Source: Balanoglossus misakiensis (taxonomy: Eukaryota > Animalia > Hemichordata). Taken from it: a stretch of DNA of 64,000 nucleotides. The notes under the pieces are model-generated. The model worked only from the letters and a program-made list of their open reading frames with translations, was not told the origin of the DNA and did not search any database. Numbering within the stretch: the first letter of the stretch is position 1; the number at the start of each line of letters is the position of its first letter. Shown here piece by piece: positions 1 to 15,078 of this stretch. A program made the translations under genes and the position numbers. Location of the stretch: contig CM082577.2 of NCBI GenBank assembly GCA_040954595.2, forward strand, positions 19,442,303 through 19,506,302, given 5' to 3'.

Positions 1-1371
1 TTGGGGATGACAAAGAAATAGGTATACACCAGAATTAAAATTACAGGTGACATTGGCAAACAGATATGACCTGACCATATATTCAGTGTTCTCCCTAGGA
101 TTTTTTGTAACATAGTGGGTAGTAACTAGTTTACATAATTTATTAAAAACTTGCATAACAATTGGTCACATAAATCAATGTATACAAATTTAATAAATAT
201 GAAGGCTGCAAATACCGGTATGTAAGTAAGGCAGAATGACACTTCCTTTTTCATGCTTACTCTCAGCTTATGCTGATTTATCCAATCGACGAGTGTTCCA
301 TTCAAACTGACTGCGAAACATTTTTACAAATTGAACTGCAAGAGCCGAGGAAATTTTCAAAGCATAGCGGGGACAATTAAACAATAGTGGGGACAATGAC
401 AGCATAGTGGGGCCACTAGGCTAAAAGTGCCTGGGGAGAAAACTATTTATTGATATGAAATTTTCATCATGAAACGTTTCTGTACTGAAATAATCCTAAA
501 ACTGTTCACTTTGATCAGGTATCAATGTAATTTTAAACATACTAAAGATATTCTCAGTATTGTGTAAAGTTTGATGATTTAAATCTTTATATAAGGGAGG
601 TCATCAAGGGTGAATTTTGCATATGTCTTCTGGGAGGTTGGTTAGCCAATAGCCAAGTCGTTTTCACCAACCACAAGTCACTCGTTGTCGCAAAATTAAA
701 GTGTACAATGTGTACAATTTCTAAGTAACTATCGGAGGTTTTCAAACAAGGCAAAAATATTAAAGGCTAAAAATGAAACGAAAACTTTCACAGAATAAAT
801 ACGGCGATATTTATTAATTTCCAAACCTCACCTCGACTGGCGATTTGTTAATTTTAATCTTCCTACCGCAGCGGTACATGTCGTCTGCTCTTGGATCACG
901 CGCAGTTTTTCACGTGAAGCAAACTTTTGGTGATGTTGGATTTGACATTCGTTCACCATACATACCGTGTACCATGTACCAAGCAGTCATGTCAATAAAG
1001 TTATACGTAAACAAGTGACCTGTCGGTCAAAAGAGCTCTGCTGACTTTAACAGTGTAACCTGGGCAATGATATGAACACCCTAGGTTTTAATTCATTACA
1101 ATTGTATTCTATTGAACAAAACCAAACATAGACATCACAAGTATTTATCCAAATTCAGCTTGATTCATTGTGCTAAAGAAAGAAAGAAAGAATTGAATCC
1201 TAAAGAACAACATCAAAAGGAAGCACCAAGGTTCTAATTTGCATATGCATGACCCCATCAAAATTCCAATTAACAAAATCAGGTAGGGGCACCATAACAC
1301 ACATTCCTACCAAATTTCAGCTCCATCGTACATGTAGTTATGGAGAAGAAGATTTTTGGCCAAAAATTCTA

Positions 1372-3175
1372 TTTAGGGCACAAGCCCAGCAGGCTTGTGC
1401 CCTATTTGTTTTACTGGGGGTTTTCTTCTACTGTCTTCTTTTTCTTCTTCTGTTGTTTTTTTGGTGAGCTAGATCTAGAAAACGGCTGAACCAACAAATC
1501 TCAAATTTGGCATAATGGTGCAGGCCTATGAGAGCCAGATCTGTACCCTTGTGAATGTTTAATTAGTCATGTGATCTGATGACCATATATGGGCAAAATT
1601 TTCAAATCGGCCTTATTTGCATATGCATGGAGATATCAAAATTCTTTTAGCAACTGTTACGGGACCATATGGCCAGGGTTCTACATGCCAAATGTCAAGG
1701 TTGTAGGCCATGTCAATTTTGTGGAGAAGATTTTTAAGTATTATTTTTCATATTTTTCGCCCAAGCCATCGGCCTATACTATACATAGTTGAGCTATGAC
1801 CACATATTATTTTGGATGAATATGCAGTCATATCATCTCAAAATCTGTTGGGCCGATCAACTCCAACTTTGGTGTGCAGCTAGCCTAGCATTTGCCAATA
1901 ATTTTAAGCGAAAAAAATTAATATGAAAAAATTGACCGATTTTTTAATATATTTTTTTAAATGAAATTTATACCTTAACTTATACCTCTATAGTTAAGCT
2001 ATGTCCATGTCTTATTGTGGAATTCTGGTCTGTTCAATAGTCCTGTACAATGACTGGCTATTGGCAAGTGAGCAGAATGGGACCATAATAAAAGGCAAAA
2101 TATTGGGCTCACCTGTAACACCTGCTTAACTCATTAATTATGTGCATACCTAACTCTGGGCTTACTAATAGGGCTAGAGGTGTGGTTGGTGTTGAATATG
2201 GACCAGAATGGAGTCAAAATTTTTTGCCCAAATTTTAGGTCACCTCAGGTGACCTTTGACCTACTTCCTATATCTCAGCATCCAGAGCAGGTACAGACTT
2301 GGCGTTTGGAGGGTTGGGACTAAAATTGAAAAGCCAAAATTGGGGGTCACCTGTGACACCTGCTTAACTCATTAATTATGTACATACCTAATTCCAGACT
2401 AACCAATAGGGCTAGAGGTTTTGTTCTTGTGGGACATTGACCAGTATAGGGTCAAAAAATTTTGCCCAAATTTTTGGTTACCTCAGGTGACCTTTGACCT
2501 ACTTTCCTATATCTCAGCACCCACAGCAGGTACAGACTTGGCGTTTGGAGGATTGGGACTAAAATTGAAAAGCCAAATTTGGGGGTCACCTGTGACACCT
2601 GCATATCTCATTAATTATGTGCATACCTAATTCTGGGCTAACTAATAGGGCTAGAGGTTTCGTTCTTGTGGGACATGGACCAGTATAGGGACAAGACATT
2701 TTGCCTAAATTGTAGGTGACCTCAGGTGACCTTTGACCTACTTTCCTATATCTCGCCATCAAGAACAGGTACAGACTTGGCGTTTGGAGGGTTGGGACTA
2801 AAATTGAAAAGCCAAAATGGGGGTCACCTGTGACACCTGCTTAACTCATTAATTATGTGCATACCTAATTCCAGGCTAACCAATAGGGCTATAGGTTTGG
2901 TTTTTGTTGAACATGGACCAGTATAGGGCCAAAATTTCTTGCCCAAATTTTGCATGACCTCAGGTGACCTTTGCCCTACTTTCCTATATCTCGGCGTCCA
3001 GAGCAGGTACAGACTTGGCGTTTGGAGGGTTGGGACTAAAATTGAAAAGCCAAAATGGGGGTCACCTGTGACACCTGCATATCTCATTAATTATGTGCAT
3101 ACCTAATTCAAGGCTAACCAATAGGGCTATAGGTTTGGTTTTTAGTGAACATGGACCAGTATAGGGTCAAAATTT
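1372..3175 (+). mobile_element. HINE family 1 copy, opposite orientation, 3'-truncated, ~4.5 copies of the 240-bp repeat
   Basis: Starts TTTAGGGCACAAGCCCAGCAGGCTTGTGCCCTA; repeats 2100-3175 are the reverse complement of those at 41050-41950. Confidence 0.85.
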
Positions 3176-3938
3176 CGAAACTTTTTCAGATATATTTCAG
3201 CAGAACCCTTATATGAATTTTCACATGCATTAATAAACCTTCATCGTTTATTTCCTGATGTTTGAATACAGTCCTAGAAATGTACAGTACACTGATACAC
3301 CGCGATGAGGTGGCCATTTGTTTACGCGTAGTTATAGTTTTGTCACTGGCATTGACAAAACTATAAAATAATAAGAATAATGTATGCCCCAAAGACCAAT
3401 AATGGACTCAAGCACACATTGTACTTCATAATGTACTCGGCTTTGCCTCGTCCATTATGGGTCTTCAGGGCGTACATCATTCTCCAAGTACGAGGCACTA
3501 TTGACCTAATAACTTTTACATGGCATAACTGGGTGTTAATTTCCATGGTTAAATTGTGCACTGTAAATGGGTTTGACCACATACAGGCACTGGCAATAGC
3601 AGCATTTGGAAATTTCAAATGAGCATATTGCATTTTTTTCACCATGACATTGTACTCGTAATGTACAAGTATTGTGACAGCTTATATGCTTTATTATCTG
3701 TAACAGTGTATTTTGGTTACACACTGCAAATCATTTTGATTTCTGGTCGTAAGTCATACATGCTGTGCTCTGTGAGGTGCCTTCTGATAGGGTCGCTGGC
3801 CTGGATAGAACATGAGATATTTGAACGTGATCTTCTATGGAAGTTAGGCAGATGCAGGAATTGGCTTATACTGGAGACCTTCTTGTCCTGGTGACCATCA
3901 AATGCTTATTATATTGTTCACTCCTACCAAGATCTTAC

Positions 3939-4097
3939 CTGTATATGGTAGGAACCCTTCCAATTGTTCTTTCATATTTGGATATTTGATGAGGTCCTCT
4001 GGATGTATTTTCTGCAGCACAATTTTCACCACTGTTTGTGCTGAATGACAGTGTTTGGAATTGGTGCTCCATTGCACAGCGAAACCTAACATAGACA
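3939..4097 (-). CDS. TBL3: TBL3 exon (VSMLGFAVQWSTNSKHCHSAQ...LEGFLPYT)
   Basis: Utp13 motif WNTNSRHCHEAQ...LLPYT; TAG/GTAAG boundaries. Confidence 0.95.
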
Positions 4098-5279
4098 CTA
4101 CAGACATAAACAAATCAGTTAATTTAGTATGTTAACAGTAAACTCAAAAAGATGTCATCACAATTTGCATTTTGCTGAATTCTGCTAAATTTCCTGTCAG
4201 TCTCAGGGGGGGGGGCATTTCTGACACAGCACATTTTCATCTAAACAAATAAAGATACTAATCAAAATCCTTGTGGGAATTTGGGGAATGGTTTTAGCTA
4301 CTAAGACAATAGCTAGCTTATGGGATCGGTTTTTGTCTTGCGTCCATCATCAGTATGTCTGTATGTGAGGGTCTCCATAAACTCAAATATTTTGAGAGGT
4401 GAAGTGGATATAAACTTGAAATTTTGTGTGTTGATGGATCATGGATATACACCTGAGCTTTGATTGGTTTTTACCATACTGATGCAAATGTGCAAATGAA
4501 CTAAAATTCTCATTTTTGGTCAAATATCTCCTCTGAAATTGCCAGTCTTATTGCTTTTAAAATTGGCAGGCAGATTCATGTGGGCAACTTAAGTTTGTTC
4601 AAATAGTACTGAATTTTGCATATTTGTGCTTCTTTGGCAATTTTTCGTTGTTTTTGAACAAAAATCTTTTTCTTTGAAAATGCTTGTCCCATTACTCAGG
4701 TATTCAGTATGCAGATTCCTTGGGTGAAATTTGTATTTTTGCCGTCTTCTTTATTCCTCTAAATTGTTTTTTTCTTGAACGCGAATGCTGGCCATTCTGT
4801 GTATGTATATGTGTACTGGTATGTATGTACATATGTATGTTAGCTTTTGTAAGTATGAGCAATACTAAACAATTGGTTTGCTATGTTAGGATCTTGTCAA
4901 CAGTCCCTTGCCCCTGCCATCTTGTATTTTGCTGTGTGTTTTGATGTCCATCTAAATCTATAGTAGCTACAGTGCCATTGGCACACTGTTTCGACAAAGC
5001 ATGCAGCTGGATGAACAAGATTCATTTTGCTCTAGTTCAAGTATAGCAGTACATGTACATATGGTTCTGAAAGGTGCTGGAATTTTACATTATTTCTTGA
5101 TTTCAAAATCAAAGAAAATCTGAAAAGTTGAAAAGGTAATCAGTGCACTTTCACTCTCAAGTTTGTGGGGATACTGCGGATTTGTGGCAACCAGTTCCAG
5201 TCAGCCCATGTACCATTACAGAGTTTGGAAGTTCACTGTCTGAAGAACTGTCTGACGTGGTTTGCACATGATCACTTAC

Positions 5280-5351
5280 CAATTTGATCCTCTCTTAATT
5301 TCCCAATCATCATATCCAAGTCAGCAATGCCCTTGGGTTCGTTTAATATCT
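5280..5351 (-). CDS. TBL3: TBL3 exon (EILNEPKGIADLDMMIGKLREDQI)
   Basis: Manual translation; aligns to AIRRDPEACEKLEATMLRLRRDQK; CAG/GTAAGT, phase 1 on both sides. Confidence 0.88.
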
Positions 5352-5513
5352 CTGAAGATGAAATGAAAGCAGACAAACAAGAACAAAATTCAATTAGACA
5401 CATACAGCATCATATGATCTGCTGAATGCATGGAAAACTATAATCCATGTCACTAGTACAGGGTCGAGAAATAAAAAATGTGAATTTAATGTTAGAAACA
5501 TAAGCAGGAGTAT

Positions 5514-5617
5514 TAATCTTTACGGCCTAGATACGGGTTTTGCGGCCAGAGGTTATACGGCGGAATCACTGTACGACCGAAGTGCCGCAAAACCCGTATC
5601 TGGGCCGTAAAGGTTTA
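5514..5617. repeat. Long palindrome, probable terminus of another palindrome-ended element (to ~6228)
   Basis: CTTTACGGCCTAGATACGGGTTTTGCGGC ... GCCGCAAAACCCGTATCTGGGCCGTAAAG. Confidence 0.65.
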
Positions 5618-7149
5618 ATGATATACCTTATTGAACGATAATCTACAAGGAAATAATAAAATACACATTCTGTAATATTTCGGAATGTAAATATTACGTG
5701 TTTAACTGTCGTTTTGAAATGATCAATCGCGTAGCATAGAGCCGTATTCCTCCAGTTCTTGCGGATTGATATGCATTATGTCATTTGTTTATATTCTGTT
5801 GCAAGCAAGACAGACGCGCTTGAACTCAAGCAGCTGAGCGCGAGCGAGATATTATTTTTTTCCTCGTAGCGATCGACGCCGATAGTCACACATTAATCAG
5901 ATCAAATCATCAATATTACTAAAGATATATTTCCAAATAAACCTCTACAACATGTAGCGATTGCGGGAGATGATGGGATTTGGTGGTGGCATACACCATG
6001 GACGTACTAGTAACTGACACCGCACCAGACAAATGGAATTCAGAACGTAGCAACGACAACTTTCGAATCTCGCGGAATAAAAACAAAACTAGATCCGGAG
6101 ATATTGAACGCGTCGTCCAAAAATGGTCACCGGGCCGGGGCGTGATAAGCAAAAAAACTGCACGGATGTGAGGGTGCTTTTCCCCATAGACTTACACGGG
6201 GCACGTGAATCTAGGGCATAAGATAATTGTGTATACACTTCAATCAACAAAAATATAAAATCAGGAGTATTTTAAGAAAAAACAACTCATCGTCGATGAT
6301 GTAGTTTACGCTGGTTTTGTAGTGTTGATTTTTGTGTTACTTTGTTTTCAGAGGTAGCAAATGCAGTTTTGTAATAAATGTGCAAGTTTTTTTTTCAGTG
6401 GGGAATTAGTGCCAGTGATTTGATGGTGGGTTCAGCAATTGAGGCTGGGGGAGTTTTCTGTGGTCATGTGAGGTATGGGAGGAAGATGTTAACACTCATT
6501 GTCTTGATGTCCATGTTTTGTCATCACAGGTTAAATACATGTTCATTGGTGGTGGTGTTAGATGCGGGGTTGTTTTGGTAGCAGTGGCTGTTATTTTAGT
6601 GCGGTTTGATTAAAATGGATTCAAGTCATTGGTTTTCATGTTTCAAAAATTGTTTGTGGGGGTAAAGAGACTTATGATGGCATCATAGCAGTCATTGTCC
6701 AAGTTGAATAGTTTAGGGATGAACAGATCAAACGCCATAAGAGGTATATCATTTAAAGGGTCTATGACATGCTTTAAAAAGTTTTCATTTTCCCCGTCAA
6801 AAGCTCACCTAGGGTACCTGTCTATGCATTGCCTATTGTGTTGGTTCCGAAAAATGTGCGCGCATGCCAGAATTTGCCACCTTTTTTCATGCCTGTGATC
6901 AGGGAGCCACTTCGCACTCGAGCCAGGCGAAGGTATTTGCATATGGACAAACAAGTACACTAGAGCCGCTTGCACAGGTGCCATGGTTTAATATAGGGCG
7001 CCCTTTTTGGGATTATAAAAGTTGGTCAACATTTCTTATCAGCGACTCAAATTGTTTTGCATTCACATGTGTATAAAAGAGACGGGGTCATCTCCACCCT
7101 CTACGCGCGTCCACAGCAGCGTGGCTAAAGATCACAATGGCGGATCTAG

Positions 7150-7671
7150 TGATGTGTTTACTGTATATGGTACTCCTGAATTTGCTTTTTAAACGTCGTC
7201 AATGCCGATTTCATGGGCATTTGAATGACCCGATACCCGTTTATGGTAACCTTTCATTAGCGGTTGCGATTGGAAGACTGCAGTCCATGCTACAAAATCG
7301 TCGTCGGAGGTCGAGTTTGCAATTCCTGTGTATGTGCCTTGGCCATCTCCGCGTCACTCCAATTGTTGCCTCGAGACACTGCTTCGGCCATTGTTTTAGT
7401 AAAATGAACCTCAACGCTTAATGCAGCGCATAATGAGACAAACCGCGTCGGTAGAGTGCGTTTAGATCGGCGTTTAGTGCGGTGTTTCTGTTCACACGTG
7501 ATTTGAATCGCTGCTTAGTCCGGCGCCCCGACCCAGGTCCCACCCCTCAACACCGTCACAAAAAAAGAGCGGCGCAGGGCCGCTCTCACCTTTTCACACG
7601 TGGCACTTACAAATTAACGCCGCCCTAGGGCCGCCGCTGGGGCCGCGTTGACGGCACGTGTGAAAGGCACT
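7150..7671 (-). mobile_element. Harbinger-like end with decayed Myb/SANT-like ORF
   Basis: Terminus AGTGCCTTTCACACGTG next to TAA; ATG at 7391 reads MAEAVSRGNNWSDAE, later RRLKSKFR. Confidence 0.55.
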
Positions 7672-10600
7672 TAAGTCCTAGTGTACCCCTCTGTTTACAG
7701 TAAAGTGTAATTAGCGGTCCATGAGTAATTAAGTCCACAGACAAACCCAGCTATATAAACAGTGTTCAAAGCAAAGGAAGCCCTTGCCTCACATTATGGG
7801 CAGAGGATTTACGAAGGTGTGAAAGACTATGTGTCCACATCAAGATAAGTCTTCGGCTTAACTTCGAAAAGCCGAAAAAAATCGACTGAGTTGGGTTAGG
7901 GGTACACGCCCACTCGCCGCTTTTACTTGCCTGTTATCTAAGCACAGAGGGCAATACGCAATGCCAGATAGTAACATACGTTAACTTAAAGACCCAAATA
8001 GTGATTTTACGTGTGGTTGTATAGGGCATGTCATAGGCACTTTAACTGGTAACTTTATTTTCCAAAAATAGAAGAATGTATGGAAGTTTATCGACAAGAT
8101 ACGAATCTATGTACGGAATGTCTTGGTAAATGTTGAACAAAATACAACAAACGGTATAATAAGTTGATTAATGTGTAAAAAACAATGAAATAATTTCTAC
8201 TGCTGCAGAGAGACACCCATGATTGTGATATGTTTGTATCACACAACTTCGTGTTGGGTAATATCAGATATGATTAGTGGAATCCCTGTCTGACTTCGTG
8301 GGTGTAATTAGTCAATCACTTGTGTTGACCGACTGTCAAGATATAGAAGTGCTTTTATGAATCCTTATAAGCGTTTGTACAAGGTCTAAATATATTGCTC
8401 ATGAACTCCTTTTATGCCCTGTTTTGGACTTCTTGCTTTTGGCCTTATTCGGCCAGTGACTGGCTTGGCGCACTTGCCAAGTCTCACTCTTTTCCCGAAT
8501 AAAGGGAGTAACCCACGCTTCAAGTCGTGCTTTTGTATTGGTGCCTGTGCTGTAAAATGTGTGTGTTATGATGTTTGCCTGTGTGTTAATCCACAGTAGT
8601 AACCAATCACAGGAGTATGCACCTGCCAAAAATAAAAAGTGAAAGCATATAAGACATGTGAAAGGAGTGGGAAATTTATTTGGCCAATAAATGCATTAAA
8701 TGAATTTAATATCCCAAGAGGGAAATCACAGAGTACATGCCAATTTACATAACAGTACATGTCATTGATATGGCAATGAATTTCTATTGTTTGCCAAAAA
8801 TTAAAGTGGGGAAGTTACTACTTTGTAGTGCTGGTATTTTCTGGTTTGAAATGGAAATTTTGGTAAGTTTTCCAGAAAATATCACTTGAATGTTTCAACA
8901 GAGGGGCCAATGTTGTAGGCTGTGCAGGCACTGTCCCCTTTGCCAGAATATTGAGGGGGATTCCACTCTGGCAAAGGGGACTGTAATATCTCCAACAAGT
9001 GAACGGTGTCATTTTAACGGGTACTGATCCCCCCTTGACAAATTGCTAGTGGGTGCAAACATGTCAACAGGGGGTGAATCCCCCCATCCTCTTGTCTAGA
9101 TGAACACTGTTTACATTTGTGTAGAAAAATACAAGTACATGTATTGTTATGAGCATCACAATGAAATACATGTTTAATGAACACACAATTTTAATCATGT
9201 CACACTGAAATACGTGGGCAACCTGCCATACAAATGGATCAATCATGTGCAGCCCAGGTGAAATGTCCCCATTCAGGAAAGTACTGGCAAAATTGTACAG
9301 TGAGAGCACAAAATTGAATAACGATTTGTATAACATTCACTCCACCATAAAAATTACAAAACAAGCTCACTGATAACATTCTGAGCATTTTACAAAGCCC
9401 ATTTTGTTGAAGTACTGGAGCGATTATAGATCCGTATCATTTTGTTTGTTTTCTGCTGTCATCCGGGAACACACTGCACAATAAGTTAATTTTAAAGCCC
9501 CAGTATTTCTCGTGTTTATCCATTTTTCATCATCGAAAATTGCCCATTTTCCCCGTACATTCATCATGGAGTACTACATAATGAAGATATAATAAAGGTT
9601 TAGGCAACTAAAGTTACATGCAAGTCGTAAATTTTGCCTGTAACACTTGAAATGATGCGCGGGTTTGTTTACAATGGAAATGTTGTACATGTTGATCAGC
9701 AAATATGCCTCTTCGACATTTGATGTCAGACCATTTTCGGATTTGATCTGGTTCCATTGACTGAGTTCTCCCATATAGTTATCTTCCCAAAATTTCGCCG
9801 AATTAGTGCGCATTTCTTCGCCGAGTCGATAGATTTGGGGCGACCAAACCTCTTCCGCGTAGATTCACATTTGATTTCGTATGCTCAGTAGTCACGTGTG
9901 TCAACAGAGCCTGACTTTCTGTCCGGACAGAAAGTCATTCTTCACTCGTTATATTGTAAATTGTATGTGTTTATGAATAGAGCTGGGCATGATAACTGTC
10001 GATTCAGTATCAATTATCATCTACTTTTAGAAATTGAAGATGCCGTTTCAAACAAAATTTATGCAAAAACGAGAAATACTGTGGCTTTAAGCTTGCCATG
10101 CATATATCAATTCCAGTTTTAAATACAAAATCGAACTTTCAAAGCGGAAAATGTGTGGGAATGAATTGGAACCACCAACAATACATTTCGCTTGTCGTTG
10201 GAATGGTTGTAAACCCAACAATTTATCCAGTGGTTATGTATATCATTATCGTGCAGTTTAGAAAGCGAACGTCCATCACGGAAATCCATTTAACGAATCA
10301 TATCACCCGGCAGAAACCAATATCCAGTCCAATCGCAGGATCCCATTAATAGTGCCCGTTACCTTTGATTGGATATCCGCCAACGCGGCTATATATCCCA
10401 ACCATATTTCCAATCAAATTACATACGGTAGTAATGTGCGCTCCAAACGCCTGAGCAATTTCTAGTGAACATGGAAATTTAGCGATTGATACGACAACAG
10501 ATAACAAAATGAAGCCACAATTTCAATCGGTGATCGCCCAAACTGTAGACGCTGTGCAACCGATTTACACCAAATCTTCAGCGAATGTTTAACTAAGTGA

Positions 10601-12142
10601 GGTCAGTTAATCAACAATGCAGGAATTTCCCAGCATAAGGTAAGTTTTTGTGGGTGAATAAAATGTTTATTACCATGGAGAGGAATTAAGAATTTTTTGT
10701 TCTGCAGGATATCCAGCATTAAATACTACAAAATGCACTGTTCCTATGGAAACCAAATATGACAACAATTAACCTATGTTAACAAGGGCAGCAATTCATT
10801 GTCACCAAATTAACTCATGCCTGCAAGTGTTAATTTTCAAAGGCACTGAAGTATTGAGTCACTAAAACTGAAACTCAGTAGTTGCTATGGAAACTGAAAA
10901 AGTCAATATTAATTGCTTTGCTTGTCACTGGTATTCATCACTTTCTTCAGAAATAGTACTGTAATTTGAACCATATCACAAATTTATATGTAAAATTCTG
11001 TTCAAATATTTCAACACTGTATGTTATTTACACCCATTGTTGAAATAAAACTTGGTTGTTGTTAAGACAACTTCATATTGAAAGATTCATTAGTAAATAG
11101 TGAAAATTGTCTCATTGAACGCAGTCTGTAGGTATCTATTATTCTATTGAATACACACAAATGATGTCACTTGCAGGATTGGGATATATTTTTATTCTCA
11201 AAAAACACGAAATTACGTGTTTCTGTACAGCCAATTACCAGGGGAAGAAATGCGAAATGGATTTTACAAAGTGTCTTCAATCACAAGTTTGCGACAAAAT
11301 AAAAATCAGCCTGCCTTTGTTTTAATGCAAGTCCCATAGAAATGTGGAGGAAAAACGGCCCCAACGGCGACACTTAATTGCTATTGAGGTATTAGTCTGG
11401 TCCCCTGCCCCATTCCCATCACTGGCTGCGCTACGCTAAAGGGAACACATTCACAATCAATTTATTCCAATTTTATTCAGATATACTGAATTTGTAAATG
11501 TAAAAATTCTTGCTGTTCGGTAGAAACCAGCAGCGCTACGTTTTGTGTTCTCAGTACAAGGATGTGGGATATTCCATATGACACTTTTTCAAAACAGGGA
11601 AATCCGACCAAAAGCGTTCGCTCCAAACATCGAAAAAATAATTAAAAATCAATAATGAATATTTGTTAATTATAAGGAGGGGCCACAATACTGAATACAA
11701 ACGTAAATTATTATGAGATTTGATGTCTAAAGTCTTGTTTTGGTGCCGTTTACACAATTTTGAGCTGGGGGTCGATTGTGGCCCCTCATTTTAAAGCTTA
11801 TATGCAGTCATATCTAACTGTGTGATTTTTAAAATGGTACATTCCACACCCGACTTGCGGGAAATTGTTTGAACGCTACACCTACGGCTCACAGTTGCAC
11901 GGCTCCGTGAAAAACCACTCGTATACGATGACGTCAAACAAAGAAAAATATCATGGGAGTATATATAAGAATATTTGCTTAACCATTTCAAATATGACCT
12001 CATTTAATTTGTCTTCATTTAAAAACCCCAACTAAACTTGGCTGTATGTACGAAACTAAATAACTTAAGACATTTTGAATACAGTCGTAACCCCAACCAT
12101 GACCACAACGCTTACCAACGGCACCACAGAATGGTATGTACT

Positions 12143-12530
12143 AATTAGAGGTTATAAACGGCTAGCGAGGATATTTGGTTGCGGGTATAAGACCTCTCAG
12201 GTGAAAATTAGCATATATCTTGATTATTTCCCACCAAATATGCTAATTTTCACCTGAGAGGTCTTATATCCATACCAAATACCCGAGAGCACCGTTTATA
12301 ACCTCATTATGATTTTGCGTGATAAAGATAAACAATTCCATTATTTCAAATCCGTTGTTTATGCCACCGCCAGTATAAATCATAAACTGTGTTCTATTCA
12401 GGCGCGTTCTCTCCTACGTGTTCCATTTCGGTTATTTTTTTAACTATTCAGGGTCAGATCTTCTTGTCGAGAATATAAACTCCGGCTCCAGCCAATCAGC
12501 GAGCTGGATTCACACCAAGCATATTATAAT
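12143..12530. mobile_element. Palindrome-ended non-coding element (Crypton-like)
   Basis: Palindrome 12146-12307; CCAATCAG then TATTATAATA at the other end. Confidence 0.6.
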
Positions 12531-14571
12531 ATCCGTGAAATTAGCTGAAATCATCGGAAGGTCTCACTTCACGAAACGACGGCAATGAAAGAAATTGTTT
12601 GGGAAATGTCCACAGAAACAACAAAAACACACTGTGAGGTTATTTTTATTTATTTAATTTATTATCACGTTGATTATTGCACCATCCCCAGTCATAGGAA
12701 AACATGCATCAATATACATGCAATATGACATGACCTTTGTCAAGTACAACTTCAGCTGTACCATTCCCTTGTGGCGATGTTTAGCATTCGGGTCAGCAAT
12801 ATGGTAAGAATCATGACTTTATAATGACTATAATTGACTTTATTTTAAACTGAAACTGCCTATGATGCTGCCTGTTCCGAAGGAGTCCTCACCGCATGAC
12901 CAAATAGAGAGTGCATTTTCCGCGGGATTGACAGGCCTCTATGTTGTGCTTTTTGGTCTAAAAATCATATCGGCAATCTTGTATGAAAAATACGCCCTTC
13001 TGATATTACCTTTCATTCCAAAATAGTCAATTGTGCAGTCAAATGGTAAGATGTGCCCGTAGTATTATATAAATATGAGGAAAACGATAGAAAATGCTAT
13101 TATTTTCGAGTCCATTTTATTCGAACGTATGACCATTAGGAGAGTGCAAACCCCTACAACCAGACATGGTTTACTCCAGGGAACTTTCAGCTTCAAAATG
13201 TAACTCTCTCGGTTTGCCGCCTACCCAGATTTTGTTTTGAAACGCGTGAGTTTGAAGAAATGCATAGAAAACCATTGGTTGACACACGCCGGATTTCGGT
13301 CATGTGAGCATTTAGCGCCGCATTGTCCAATCCAGTTTTATTTTATTGAATGCAGCATGTCATTTGTCACTCCTTTTAAAGTTTTGCGTTGGCAGATATG
13401 CCCCAATATGGTAAAAAATGGGCGTAAATGTCAAGTCTGGTGACATGGCGGGAAATTTTCACGTGTGCAGATCAACTCAATAATAATGTCATGTGATACC
13501 ACAGAGCTGCATCTATTGGTTGAAAGTGGCAGGTCATGCATAATGAGCGTCTGTGTACGGTAGATCATTTGCTCAATCATGTGAGGCAGACTATCTCCTC
13601 GGTGTTCTTAGCTAATTGTACTTTAGTTCGGGTTGAATTTAGAGGTAAACGTATGGCAATGCATGTTTTTAATCACAGACCAGTCGTAACTCTGCGTGTT
13701 TGGGCCGTGTTTTTTAACTGAGGGTCAAAACGATCGATCGACAAGTTACAAAGTAGGCATTTTTGTCTAGGCTAGCTCCTACTCAGCGTTTTTTTCTCTC
13801 CATTTGTTTTTCTTCATTGGAGAGTTAATTAGTTTCGATAGATAATTCTCTTGGTGTCATATCTATGGTGTTCCATGTAAACCATTTAGGATAAAAATTA
13901 TATGTTCTAAAAATTCAGTATGTATCCATAGAGTGGTTAATTGAGGAACCTATTCAAATCTGGTTCACAGTCATTCATTCATTTCATGGCCAGACCACGC
14001 CAAATAGAAAAACAAAAAATCTGAAAAAGTTTCAGATGTTCCAAGTATAACAGAAAGTGGGTCAGTGCGAGGACAACAGTCCTTGAAATTGTCACACTTC
14101 ATGCCGCGTACTTCGTGTTGACATGAATTTGGCGGAAGTGTAAACCATTTGTTTGTAGGGTAGGCAAAATTAAGCGCATGGGTTGATATGCGTACAGAGG
14201 CTGTCAGCATTCGCAAATCCTTGCGAAAATGATTAGTTTGCACATAAAGTTTACAAAAAATATCAATTTATGATAGAAACTGTTCACGCAATGTAAAAAA
14301 AAAATTGATCTTGACGCGTGAAAATTGCCCCTACCCATGTAAAAAATGATTTGTCAATGCCAGTCAGAACAGCCAGTCAAATCACTGGTACCAGACACGC
14401 CCTAATCGAGGGGTTATCGTGCCGACTGTGCAGGCAAATGTATAGGACTGATTTAGGGAAATTGTTGTAAATCCTCAAATTGACTCAAAGGTTTTATGTT
14501 TGTTAGAGGGCACACTGGTGTTGTGTCAGGGTCTACATAAGGCTTGTTACAGACATGATATCCCTACATAC

Positions 14572-14675
14572 CTTTCAGTATATGAAGAACTTTAAACGGC
14601 TGATCTAACGTTATTGCTAAGCCAATGGCTTTAAGGAATTTCTTCTGATGGAGCAGATTGGACAGCTCTTGTTCT
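14572..14675 (-). CDS. TBL3: TBL3 exon, start of Utp13 domain (EQELSNLLHQKKFLKAIGLAITLDQPFKVLHILK)
   Basis: Matches QQELDNLLHEKRYLRALGLAISLDRPHTVL; CAG/GTATG boundaries. Confidence 0.95.
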
Positions 14676-15078
14676 CTGAAATATATAAACACATCAAGTT
14701 TAAAGCCCCTATAACTGCCAGATTTTGCATTTTTACCAACGATAACATGCTTCAACCTTCTCCCCAATCCTTTACAATAAAACCCATTAAGCCACATTAC
14801 CTGTATTTGCATGAATTTGTCGTCTATTGGCGACAGATAACTTGAATGAAAAAGTTTGGGGTTCCCTAAGCGATTTTAAATTTACCGCCATTTTTCTGTG
14901 CTGGCCATGTGACATACGGCGTGGCCATGTGACAAAGAATGCAACGAGATTTTTCAAAAATAACGTCAAGGACACTATGGTCCCATTTGGGGATTACAGA
15001 GAAATAGGTATATACCAGAAATAAAATCACAGGTACCCAGTGACATTGGAAGGCACATATAATATAACCATATATAAA

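Noticed and set aside
1-3938. Final TBL3 exon (ERHFQRL-like)
   Set aside because: No matching translation found; probably outside the window
6400-6700. Penelope GIY-YIG tail (LESILIK on the minus strand)
   Set aside because: A single short motif without supporting RT or GIY-YIG sequence
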